Assembly: GCA_951406725.2 (NCBI GenBank) | Contig: OX597814.1 | Span: forward strand, 62,496,001 to 62,560,000 | Source: Octopus vulgaris | Lineage: Eukaryota | Length of the DNA stretch: 64,000 bases | Direction of reading: 5' to 3' | Part shown: piece by piece, positions 52,448 through 64,000 of the stretch | How positions within the stretch are numbered: the first letter of the stretch is position 1 | Layout: every line of letters starts with the position of its first letter | The notes under the pieces: model-generated | Database searches by the model: none | The model's input: the letters and a program-made list of their open reading frames with translations, nothing else | Told to the model about the DNA's origin: nothing | Position numbers and translations under genes: made by a program

Positions 52448-53073
52448 ATTATATTTTTGTTACTCAGTTATCTGATTGACTGCCGTGTTTTACTGCCGTT
52501 CTATTCAGTATTAACAGTACATTTAAATCTCTGTCTCTAATTTCTGTACCAAAAGAAGGGTTTCTAATCACTCCCACCTCTCCTTTTTACTTATGGCGTA
52601 TTAGATACAAGTTGTCAGTTGTTACTATTAGCTCTTTTAACCTAGCTCTCATCTTATTTCATTTTCTCTTTTCATTTCCTTGTTTGTCTTTCTTTTCCTC
52701 TTCTGTCTCTTTTTCTGTTCCCATCCTTTCGTCTTAATTTCTTCTATTTTCTTCCACAGTTACAACTCCCCCTCCCTTACATTTTTGCTTACTATTTTTA
52801 TTCTGATACTAATTCGCCCTTGGATTAATTACTTGTAATCTTTATTTTTGTCTCTAACAGCATATTTTCTCTAACTCTTGATTTCTAACAGGGATTTTTC
52901 ATTTGCTATCTATTTGCTTTTTCTCTCATCCCATGAAAGATTGCAAGATTGCTTAAGCTTATAAAATCTACAAATGGGTTTTCAACCGAAAGTTGACTTT
53001 CAATTTTAGTCGAAAAATTGTTTTTCTTGATTCACACACATAATTCAATATCATTCAATATTTGAAAATTGCA

Positions 53074-53270
53074 AGGCGGCGAGCTGGCAGAAACGTTAGC
53101 ATTCCAGGCGAAATGCTTAGCAGTATTTCGACTATCTTTACGTTCTGAGTTCAAATTCCACAGAGGTCAACTTTGTCTTTCATCTTGTTACGCACTGGCG
53201 TCGATGTAATCGACTTAACCCCCTTGTTTGTCCCTTCTATGCTTAGCCTCATGTGGGCAATAAAGAAATA
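53074..53270 (+). mobile_element. Family-1 SINE (internal deletion)
   Basis: Intact head and B-box. Confidence 0.88.
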
Positions 53271-53649
53271 AATATTTGAAAATTAAATTTATTGGATTTG
53301 GGAAATATGGTTTGAGAGTAAAAAATGCTATTAAGCTTTCCGAAGCACTCAACATCATCCTTAGCTACATAGTCACTCCTGACTTTTTGTTTGCACATTA
53401 ATTTCATATTGGACTTCGAAATATTTTATAGTGGTACCCTACATTGCATGATTAAACCCATTCAAGTAAATGAATATATCAGAAGGACATGCCATTTTCT
53501 TTCGAAAATAATGTAAACTGTTGGTTTGGCTGAATTTTAAAAATGCTATTCAGGTAGAAATGATCCACACAATTATGAAAAAAAAGCGCATATACGCCTT
53601 TACCGTATATAGTGCACTCAGTATGTAGTATTCAAGTTGTATATAGACT

Positions 53650-54520
53650 ACCCAGAATTTCACATAATAAGACAGAATATTCTTGAGTATAATGATCCTG
53701 ATTTAATAAAATTCACCAGTTTTAGAATACTAAATTCAGATCTCGATACGTGTTTGTGTATCACTGCTTGTGTTTGATGTTGAAGACAACGAGGCACACT
53801 TTCAATATTCTGAGTTTCCTTTTTCATTCTTGCATCAAAATCATGAAATTTCCCTGCCATAGTCGAAGCTCCATCAGTGAAAATGCTTGAGTCAAATTAT
53901 GGAAATTTATTTTATGCATAAATGAATTAATTGAATTTATATATATTGCTTCCTTTGAAGTATGGCTTGCTAAAGGCTGGCAGATCAATCAGCATTTTCC
54001 CATGCAAATTTCATAAAAATGGCGTACAAACACAAGCAAAGTTTGCTGGCTGGTCAAGGTGAAAAGAGAATGTTGAGTTTATTTTAATCCATTTTATATG
54101 AAATTTGCAAAAATTTGACACTTAATGAATATCCTAAAACTCATTACATAGTTGTACGCTATAAATATTTTTGATATAATTTTTTACCTACCATACTTTC
54201 CACCAAATCTTTATTAAGATTCTCTGTAACTGTGTGTGTTTCATCTGCTTTTGCTTGTCGATCAGGCAATATGAAAACAGTTGTGCATTTTTGTTTAATG
54301 ACATAGATTACAAAAATGTAACTTGCCTTTGATTCAATTCTAAATACTTTCTTTCTAAATTTTCTTCAATTGGATTTAAGAAATCGGAATGTATTGTTTT
54401 TAAATGTCATTTTATAAGAGAAGTAGACTGTCTTCGTTTATTCTGAATAAATCATCGATGAAAATAAGCATGAAAACAACATTTCTGAATCAACAATGTT
54501 TCATGATAATTACCTACGTA
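53650..54520 (-). mobile_element. Decayed hAT (Charlie/Buster, ZBED5-like) transposase
   Basis: FTDGASTMAGK..LVNFIKSGSLYSRIFCLIM matches TDGA..M.G and VNFIK...LNSRLF..LC. Confidence 0.8.
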
Positions 54521-55023
54521 GATTTATTAAAACACGGGAACCCTACAGATTTATTTCTCTAAAATCAACCAGTGATAACTGATGTGAAACTATTTGGTAG
54601 TTTTCATTTGCTTTCTTCCTGCTTCACTTGTGGAAAGCAACACATGTCAATTAACGAAACTACCGTTAATGTTAAAATACTGTCAACACCTCGACTAATG
54701 AACTATGAACACCTTAAGGCGTCTACTTAATTCTAGATAGATTGAGATTTTCAGTAATATTCTGGCTAAGAAAATGCTTCGGACACGGATATAGCTCGGT
54801 AACTGTAGTAAAGTAATATTATTTACTGTCTCTAGGCTGATTCTTTCATATCATATCGATGAGATTCTCAACAAGCTTAATTACAAGGAACACGGAAGAA
54901 ACCCCAGCGCGCCAAGCAAAAATTCTTTATGCAGTCAGTACACTTGCTAGAAATAGCATTTAAAGTTATATCTTGCCATCTCAAAAACGAACAAAGTGGA
55001 TAATGCAGTCCTGTATAAGTTAT

Positions 55024-55430
55024 ACTCTTTACTCTTTTACTTGCTTCAATCATTTGACTGCGGCCACACTGGAGCACCGCCTTTAGTCGAGCAAATCGAC
55101 CCCAGGACTTATTCTTTATAAGCCTAGTACTTATTCTATCGGTCTCTTTTGCCGAACCGCTAAGTTACGGGGGTGTAAACACGCCAGCATCGGTTGTCAA
55201 GCGGTGTTGGGGACAAATACAGATACACAAACATATACACACACATACATATATACATACATATATACGACGGGCTTCTTTCAGTTTCCGTCTACCAAAT
55301 CCACTCACAAGGCTTTGGTCGGCCTGAGGCTATAGTAGAAGACACTTGCCCAAGGTACCACGCAGTGATACTGAACTCGGAACCATGTGGTTGGTAAGCA
55401 AGCTACTTACTACACAGCCACTCCTGCGCC
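55024..55430 (-). mobile_element. Family-2 SINE, full length
   Basis: Reverse complement of 46691-47163. Confidence 0.92.
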
Positions 55431-55520
55431 TGGAAATCTTAGTGGCATTTTGTGTGTCTTTACATTCTGAGTTCAAATTCCACCAAGATCGACTTTGTCA
55501 GTCATTCTTTTGGGGTAGAA

Positions 55521-55575
<55 letters not shown>

Positions 55576-55602
55576 GTGTATGTATGTATGTATGTATGTA
55601 TG

Positions 55603-55651
<49 letters not shown>

Positions 55652-55763
55652 GCACACATGTACATACATAGACAAATGTATAAGTTTGGGGTACCAGCGG
55701 TAATCGACTTGACCTCTCGCCCGAATTTGATGCCTTCTACTAAAATTTGAAGCCCCTATTATG

Positions 55764-55952
55764 AAGGCGGCGAGCTGGCAGAATCGTTAGCACGCCGGGC
55801 TAAATGCTCAGCGACAGTTCATCTGTCTTTACGTTTAAGTTCCGCCTAGCTCGACTTTACTTTTCATTCTTTCAGGCTGGATCAAAGAAGTACCAGTAGA
55901 AACTGGGGTCGATGTAATCGACTTAGCCACTACTCCCAAAATTGCTGGCCTT
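55764..55952 (+). mobile_element. Family-1 SINE
   Basis: AAGGCGGCGAGCTGGCAGAATCGTTAGCACGCCGGGC head. Confidence 0.88.
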
Positions 55953-56574
55953 GTTGACTACATTAGCAAAACAGTATGTGGTGACGTATTTTATATAAAA
56001 TAATAGAATTGCATATGCCAAACAATATACTTCTTCATAACGCTGATAGACTACTCATTAAGTAAATTATTTACTGATCTAAAAACGTTTTTCTTAAACG
56101 TATCATGTAATATTTTCCCAATATATTTTGATCTAATATTGACATATTGAGTGTTCATGCAGGCTTTAACACATTCATACACATTGCAGCTTAATTTTAT
56201 TGACAGCCGTGGACGATAGTTTCTGTATGAGGATCAGAATAATGTATGATGATCATGTAACTGTCCAAGTCAGGTGCTGCAAGAGGTCAGCTTATTTTAA
56301 AGCTAAAATATGATATAATACATTATACATAGATACATACATACATACATACATATGTATATATATATATTATTAAAAACGAAAAAAATATATTCAGATA
56401 ATTTTTCATTCGTACGATGCGAATTAGAACACCGTTCTCTGGTTTTGTAAGCGAAGACGAAAAACAAAAGTTATTTGTGGTCACGTGACTGTTTAAAGCG
56501 TAGGCGGTATGATATTGACGCGATTTTATGGTGTGGGCAAAGTATATGGTTTACTATTGCCCACGTAGCAAGTT

Positions 56575-58241
56575 AGTTCGCGCTGGCAGACACAACGTAA
56601 AAGGGTTTCTCCAACGGTTTGTGCTGTTTCTGAGGATCATGTTGAGGAGTGTTGTTATTGTTGAATATAGTCGAGGGTATTGTTGAAGAGTTTTTGTGTG
56701 AACATTTTGTTTTGTCTGGCTTTCGGTGGATTTGTTGCCGTTTGCCCCCTGGTTTGAAGGGGAGAGCGTTGTGTTGTTGTAAAGTCCTCCGAGGAGGCAT
56801 TGTTTGGATGCATTTATGGCATCGGCAGGGAGGAGTTTTGCAGCAGTGGCTGGTGATTCGGGAGAGGAAGTGCAAGTGGGTGGGGAAGAGTTGGAGAAAT
56901 TCAAGACTTAATGGGGGAGGAAGCGCACGAAATTGTTGTGACCCCGCCAGAGGAGGTGGGTCATGGAGTGGAGGGAGAAACAATTGCGTATAAAATGTTT
57001 GATTTGGAAGAGAAGAGGATGTAGATTGTATCAAAGGAAAAAGTGGAAAAATGTCTGAGAGACGTGTGTTGCGACATTATTCTACGGCCTCCAGAAATAC
57101 GGCAGAGGTGGTGCTCCTCCCAACTTCCCAACTTACCTTGGGAGACGTGCTGTCAGGCTAAGTGGAGAAGGAGATACCGCCGGAAGTGGAGGTTGGCTGG
57201 ATTGTGAAAGCTATTATAATGGGGATGGAGGATAAAATCTCCATCCTCAAAATTATCAAAGTCCCGCGACGTAACTGGCAAGGGCAAGAGATTGAAATGA
57301 TCGTCTAGGCCACCCCAGAAGTGCTAGAGAACATAGCTGACACTATTTGGATAGGTCAAGAAGAAAATTGAGAGTGTTAGTGGAGGGCAAGATACCGCGA
57401 TGTTTCAAATGTGGTCAGAAAAGCCACATTAGAGCAGGCCGCCCTCCACTACCAGCAGTAACACCACTAGTTGGCACCGGCGAAAAATTAACCGCACCTC
57501 CACTGATTGAAGGATCAGAAAAGGTGGAAGAGCAAGAAACAGAGAATAGCGAGTGGGCGACGGTGAAGGAAGAAAAAGAAGAGGAAAAGTTCATCACCCG
57601 AGGACTCCACCCCCCATTTCCCCGCTCTTGTCCCTCCAATCTTCGCTTTATCTAGTCCTTCTGATGCAAATACCAATCCCCCTCCAGCCCCACCCGCCAC
57701 TAATCCAAACCCTGCCCCCACAGAAACACATGCAAACACGACAATTTATCAAACCTTCCAACACGCATCCCTAAGGAAAAAGATACTAACCTTGACCTGC
57801 GATTCGAGAAATAGCAAACTGGTGAGAGAAAGAGAAAAATTAAAGTCCACCATAAAGATAAATTTAGAGGATTCTACCCATATGTGAAATGTGTGCTGGT
57901 GGATGAAGGCGATTTCAAAAGACTACAACAAAAATCCGGGCCGGACATTGCGGATCTATTCAGAGAGGTGTGCATAGATGCATTGCCTCCTGAAGTGGAA
58001 TACAATGACATCTTAGAGTATGTGGTTTAATTGATTTTTCAAAAGTGTCTGACTTTGGAACATTGTAAGTAACTAAAAGGTTCAATGCGACTGCTTGAGA
58101 TTGGGGCTCGAGTAGTCGTCATTCCATCGTTTCATAGTTTCATTTTTCATTCGATTTTATTTTTGTCCCCTCTTCTACGTTTTGTATGTCCTTGTGCTGT
58201 TCCAATCTCTGTTTTGATCCAAGTGGTAAAGTAAAAATAAA
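56575..58241 (+). mobile_element. Tx1/L1-like non-LTR element relic with ORF1 only (gag-like zinc knuckle)
   Basis: GIPPEVEVGWIV..KLRVLVEGKIPRCFKCGQKSHIRAG (CCHC knuckle with the last C lost), then EWATVK, a Pro-rich linker and a 3' tail ending AATAAA. No RT or endonuclease visible. Confidence 0.65.
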
Positions 58242-58829
58242 GTTCGCGCTGGAGAGCGATTTTGTTTTTTATATAGTTGCCGGTGCCATGCGGTCGATGT
58301 AGGAGATGGTGCCGGGCAAAATTCGCATGGAGCAGTTGACACAGTATTTGGTGTCGTGTGTGAAGTTGGTTTCAGCGGTTAATGTGAACGGCAGAAGGTT
58401 TTGAACTGGCTGCGAAAATAGTGAAAATAGTGAACTTGACAACGTAAAGAAGGCGGAATGGTATCGTGAATTCGGAAGCAATATGAGTCCAGTCGGAAAA
58501 AAAGACATAAAAAAGAATATAAATTATTAGACTGGTGAATAAAAGAGCTTACCAAAAGAAGTCTACACATTTCAGAGGCAAATGAAAGAACTCTCTAAAT
58601 ATCTCTAAAGAATTGTCTATTTATTTCATAAATGTTATTAGCTTCTTAATTAAAGTTCTTGTATTTGGTTATAGTCAACAGTTTTGTTTCTTATTGTCAA
58701 CTCTTCTGACTTCTTTGACTACTGCTTCTTCCGCTCTAAGCAACTTGGCTTGGTGAGCTATCGCAGTCTTCCGAGATATCAAACACAAACTGTTCTGTTG
58801 AAGGTGCTTTCGGTAGGCCGCGTTTGGCG

Positions 58830-58884
<55 letters not shown>

Positions 58885-59409
58885 CGAATCGTGACACTCC
58901 GTCGGTTAAGACGACGAGGGTTCCAGTTGATCCGATCAACGGAACAGCCTACTCGTGAAATTAACGTGTAAGTGGCTGAGCACTTCACAGACATGCGTAC
59001 CCTTAACATAGTTACCGGGGAGATTCAGCGTGATACAGAGTGTTGTAAGTCTCGCCCTTTGAAATATAGGTAAAACAGAAACAGGAAGAAAAAGTGCAGG
59101 AAAGTTGTGGTGAAAGTGCACAGCAGGATTCGCTACCATCCCCTGCCTACCATCCCCCTGCATACGTTACCACATTGCACTGAAATATGCATATCTTTTC
59201 ATCTTTCAGGAACATATGACAAAAACCAAGCGAACGTGAAATCTAGAAGGCTGTTCGAGACTGATATAAACTTATATAGCCAATTAGTAAAGTCTTCTGG
59301 AGTATTAGGTGTTTTCGCTCAATAAACACTCACAACATCCGGTCTGGGAATCGGAACTGCGATCCTACGACAGCAAGTCCGTTGCTCTAATCACTGGGTC
59401 ATTGCGCCT

Positions 59410-59410
<1 letters not shown>
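58885..59410 (-). mobile_element. Long tRNA-headed SINE (family-3-like) interrupted by a templated insertion
   Basis: Minus-strand head GGCGCAATGACCCAGTGATTAGAGC..GTTCCGATTCCC at 59345-59410. The body at 58885-59159 is assigned to it by inference. Confidence 0.6.
59160..59296 (+). repeat. Exact 137-bp copy of 61791-61927
   Basis: No mismatch found on a by-eye comparison. Confidence 0.95.
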
Positions 59411-59450
<40 letters not shown>

Positions 59451-59593
59451 AATTCGAGAAAAAACACTATTATGCAATTCAAACAATGAAAGACATAAAC
59501 CAAATCATAAATAAAAAATAAAATATATTTTTTAAAATCATACAACTAGATCATAAAAAGTACAAAAATGAATAAATAGTATATGTTAACTAA

Positions 59594-59700
59594 AAAACTA
59601 CGTACGTTTCATGGCTATAATTTAAATTCGAATTACAACTAAATTTAAATTTAATCGAAAAACAATTCAATTAAAAATTATAGTCACTCTTCAGGTTAAC
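59594..59700 (-). ncRNA. Type I hammerhead ribozyme motif (Penelope-like)
   Basis: Minus strand AAC, CTGAAGA, long stem II (GTGACTATAATTT..AAATTATAGCCAT), GAAA, CGTACG, TA, GTT. Stem III is the palindrome ACGTACGT and the cleavage triplet is GUA. Confidence 0.7.
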
Positions 59701-60277
59701 AATAATAACAATAATAGTTAAATAAATAAGCATGTAGAATTAAACAATATTTCTTAAAGAAATAAAATCATAATTTTTCTTATAGAAGAAACTGCATTAA
59801 CTAAATTTGGAACTTAAAACATTAGGACCAGTTGCCTACAATGTATTTATCATGTTAAATATTTAAGGTAAAAAAATAGAGTAGATAGAAAAATGTATTT
59901 AGCTTAATAAAAAACATTAATAAATTATAGAATATCTTTAACCTAGCTATACTCTAATATTTAATTACCAAACTATTTTACAAAACAATCTTAATATTTT
60001 TAGATTTTAGTTCACATATAATAATTATAAATAATAAAAGTATATAAAGTACGTATCTAAATTATAATCAACAAATATATTAATTAAAAATCCATATTTT
60101 TTCAATAAATTAAACATATAAATAAATAAATAAATAAATAAATTACTCCATTATTACTTAATTGAATATTATAGATATCATTCCGAAAATATTTATGAAA
60201 TAAAAAATAGGAAGTGAAAAATTTCAAAGTAAAAACGTATAACTTATCGTTTAAAAAATTATTTGCAAAAAAAGTAC

Positions 60278-60373
<96 letters not shown>
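60278..60373. repeat. (ATT)n microsatellite
   Basis: Seen directly. Confidence 0.98.
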
Positions 60374-60374
<1 letters not shown>

Positions 60375-60878
60375 ATTTAATAGTACTAGAAATATAATAG
60401 GAACTTTTAGTTATACTAAAACATTTTTACAATCTAAATCACAATTTACGTTCAGATATAATAATTATAAAATAATAATAATTAAATAAATGTACGTATC
60501 TAAATTATCATTAACAAATAAAAAATTAGAAATTCATATTTAATTAGAAATTCATATTTAACAATCAATACTTATATAGAGTACATTAATATTTCTTAAA
60601 TAAAAATGTCTACTTATCTCTCCTATCGTCGATAGAATCGATAGAATCTGGCATTGTACGATCTCTAGTCGTACAGTGTTATTATCCTCAAAAAGTTGGA
60701 TCGTTATAACATCCATTCAGTATCCCAGTATAATTACTTTATCAGTACAGGTACGACTATCAACACAGTCTAACACGTACACTTCACGATACTGGCCGAC
60801 GTCACCTTACATAGAGTAACTGGCTTATTCTACTCGTCACGTGGGACCGTGTACCTTTATTACAAGCTCCCTACAATA

Positions 60879-60975
<97 letters not shown>

Positions 60976-60989
60976 AACAGAGAGAGAGA

Positions 60990-61297
60990 CCTTCTCCTTA
61001 AGTTACAACCTACACGAGTTACGACCACCTGCACTTACGACCAGAAAAAAGGAACTAAATAAATGAATAAAAAATCGATTTTTGGACGTTGGGCAGCTGC
61101 GCGTACGATAACTATGGTACTATCTGGCAAGGCAGGCCTCCCTCAGAATCAGGCATCAGCTGCCTGCCACTATCTCTCACTCAGTCGCTTTCAAGTATGA
61201 GTTGCGTTTGAATGAAAATAGTGTTGAAAAATATAAAGCCGACCAGATCGACTTACGTCCTGTCAGTCGGACGGAACTGGGTCGTAAGTCAAGGAGG
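60990..61297 (+). mobile_element. Shorter MITE of the same Tigger family as 43034-43747
   Basis: Shares GGACGTTGGGC..CAGTCGCTTTCAAG and the GTCGTAAGTC(A/G)AGG end. Confidence 0.8.
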
Positions 61298-61686
61298 TAT
61301 ATATACATACATACATACATACATACATACATACATACTGTGTTTGCATGTAAATATACGTGCTGCTCGTTCGAGATTGATAATATATACTTGCAGTGAA
61401 ATACAAGGGTCGATCTGAAATTTTAGACTTTGTACATATACTAAATTTTAATATTTTAGAAGAAACATAGCAGTGTTTCACCAGTGGATATTAAAATAAG
61501 CATTGCGGAACAAACTGCTTTACTCTATTTAGCTAGATTCTTTTAATTCTATCCAGATTTAATTAGACTCTGCCTGACAATTCCTGACTTCACTGGAATT
61601 TGCGGTTACAAGTCAATTGTTTTAGTTGATGCATTTCTGTGCTATGGTACATTTATTTTCTTGTAAAATATAAAAAAAATAATTGA

Positions 61687-62960
61687 ATGTATAGGAAGAA
61701 CTAGAAAATAATCGTGATTTATCGAATTCATTAGTATCAGGTATAAGCTTTTCTAACAAAATATTTCTTTAAGAAAACTTGTGTTCTTTCGCATACGTTA
61801 CCACATTGCACTGAAATATGCATATCTTTTCATCTTTCAGGAACATATGACAAAAACCAAGCGAACGTGAAATCTAGAAGGCTGTTCGAGACTGATATAA
61901 ACTTATATAGCCAATTAGTAAAGTCTTTATGCATTTGCATAAGAAAGCACTTTTTATTCTGATATGAAACTAGATTACGAGGATGGCAACCATTACATGG
62001 TTAAATGAGCCATTATGAATGATAAAAGAAACAGGAAATTTTATGATTCAATTTTTCATTAAGTAAGAAACACATTTTGATTATATCATTATGAGTTTAT
62101 CTCCTTACATATACACACACACATATACGCACATACACACATGTTTATACTTGGATCATAAAACTCCACGTACCGTTTGATGTCTTTAACGCATTTCATT
62201 GCCGCAAAAACACAAACAAAAGAAAAACAAAGGATAACGTCTTGAAATTTCTTTTGCATATGTTTTATTTAGCGACAAATTCAGCATCGAATATTGTATT
62301 CTCTATTGAAATGATAACCATAACCGTAGAAACACCATGAGAGGTGTTTGTTGCATTGTAAGGCATCAAATACTAAAATTAATTGATCGAATATAATTAG
62401 TTACTTACACCAAATATAGTAATACATTCTATCTCAGTCTCTCACCGGTCATAACTAATCAAATAATATCAAAGAGGTTTAAATTTACAAATATTTTCTA
62501 CCGACTTAATCATGTAGATTGACCATGTAGACTGATCATGTAGATTGATACTCTTTTAGTCTTCCATTTAACCTAATGATGTCTTTTTCCTAAGATAAGT
62601 TATCTTTATGACAATTTAAACTTTGGTTGGTAGAAGACATCCAATTCTTAAATTTCATTTAGTTATCAACATTCTTTGCTTTTAAGACCTATAATTTTTT
62701 GACCAGCAAAATTGATCCACGAATAATCCAGCACCCGTTTAAAAATGTATTGTAATGCTGCAGCAATTGCAATTCTAACATTCTAGGATATGTTTCGGAA
62801 ACAAGATTTCCACAATATTACTGTCCAGAAAGCTATTAAACAGATACATAACGTTTATTGCATACAGTTCTGTATAAGAAGACAAATATATGAATTTCTG
62901 ATAATCATCGAAACTGAAAAATCTTAGAATCTTCGGGAACAATATTTCTCAGTTATTACA
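61687..62960 (+). pseudogene. Decayed EGF-repeat gene relic 4
   Basis: Leader exon 61687-61740 (MYRKN*KIIVI..SLVS|GT), a 100-bp GT..TTTCAG intron, and exon 61841 onward (LFETDINLYSQ). About 62743-62960 reads KCIV.CSNCNSN..SET..YYCPESY and FGNNISQ. Confidence 0.45.
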
Positions 62961-63174
62961 AGTAACCATGATTTACGTTCATACTAACACACTTTGATAG
63001 AAGAGTTAATGGATGCATATTAATTGTGAAGATTCTTCTATCATATCCTTTTGAAGCCGTGTATACATCATAACATAACAGTGTAATTATTTTACGTCGC
63101 TTACATTGATGTTCTCAATGTTTTGTTCAAGAATATAAAAGGAATATCAATTCTGTATGGAATACCAGAAATAA

Positions 63175-63316
63175 CATATACATACATACATACATACATA
63201 CATACATACATACATACATACATACATACATACATACATACATACATACATACATACACACATACATACATACATACTCACACACATACATACATACTCA
63301 CACGCATACAAACGTG

Positions 63317-63380
<64 letters not shown>

Positions 63381-63470
63381 CATCCCCATGGCTGCCTGCT
63401 TGCCTGCCTGTCTGCCTGTCTGCCTGTCTGCCTGTCTGTCTGTCGGTCTGCCTGTCTGTCTACCTGTCTA
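63175..63470. repeat. Compound (CATA)n/(TATC)n/(CTGY)n microsatellite
   Basis: Seen directly. Confidence 0.95.
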
Positions 63471-64000
63471 TATACGCTAACTACCGGCTTGTTCAGCCAC
63501 TGAGGGAATCTTTGCTTTCTAGCGTTTACACACACACACACACACACATGCGCGCGCGCACATACACACTAACATAAATGTATACATACATATGTATAAA
63601 TGTACTGAAAGTTAGCAATGACTTGCAGTAGCAAAAGTTGAGCTGCTGCGAAGATGAACACGAGAAGCTGGACTTGCAGTGGTAAAAACAAAGTAGGATG
63701 TCGAAATGAGTTGACCACCACACCTGCGACGAAAAAGGACGTCGAAATATCAACAAATCTGGGATTTGAAACTTCCATATGTAAACTGGTTGAAATGCTG
63801 TTTCAGGTTGAAATATATTTTAGATGCTTCGAGAAACTTAGTAAAGGGAGGTTACTGTATAATATTTCTTGCAAGGAAGATCCTTCAACTGTCTAGCTGC
63901 CGCTACACAAACTTGTAGACTATGTAAAAAGTGGATCAAAAAGCAAGACATTGTTATTTCGGACAGACAAGGAAAATTATGTACTATCACAGAACTCAGC

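Noticed and set aside
63600-63900. Possible SAP-like gag N-terminus
   Set aside because: It needs multiple frameshifts and no LTR or PBS is identifiable, so the support is too weak.

Overview
AT-rich, microsatellite-dense eukaryotic DNA, most likely from an octopod cephalopod (inferred from the tRNA-derived SINE families and the repeat landscape). I find no intact protein-coding gene, and most ORFs in the supplied track are read through microsatellites or SINEs. Mobile-element debris includes Chapaev3, mariner, pogo/Tigger, hAT, Helitron-like, RTE, CRE-like, Tx1/L1-like ORF1, Penelope-like and solo-LTR pieces, plus more than 25 SINE copies. Under the debris the + strand appears to hold a decayed tandem family of secreted, Cys-rich EGF-repeat (MEGF10/CED-1-like) genes. 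It comprises about four multi-exon relics (23.0-24.9, 28.4-29.7, 42.2-44.6 and 61.7-63.0 kb) and about five orphan promoter/first-exon copies in a degenerate tandem duplication (1-21 kb), several with an RFX X-box-like motif upstream. Other notable items are two Penelope-type hammerhead ribozyme motifs, a probable BEL/Pao-like solo LTR with a heat-shock element, an exact 137-bp templated duplication and a ~180-bp foldback. All calls are by eye. Boundaries of decayed elements are approximate and family names need HMM or Dfam confirmation.
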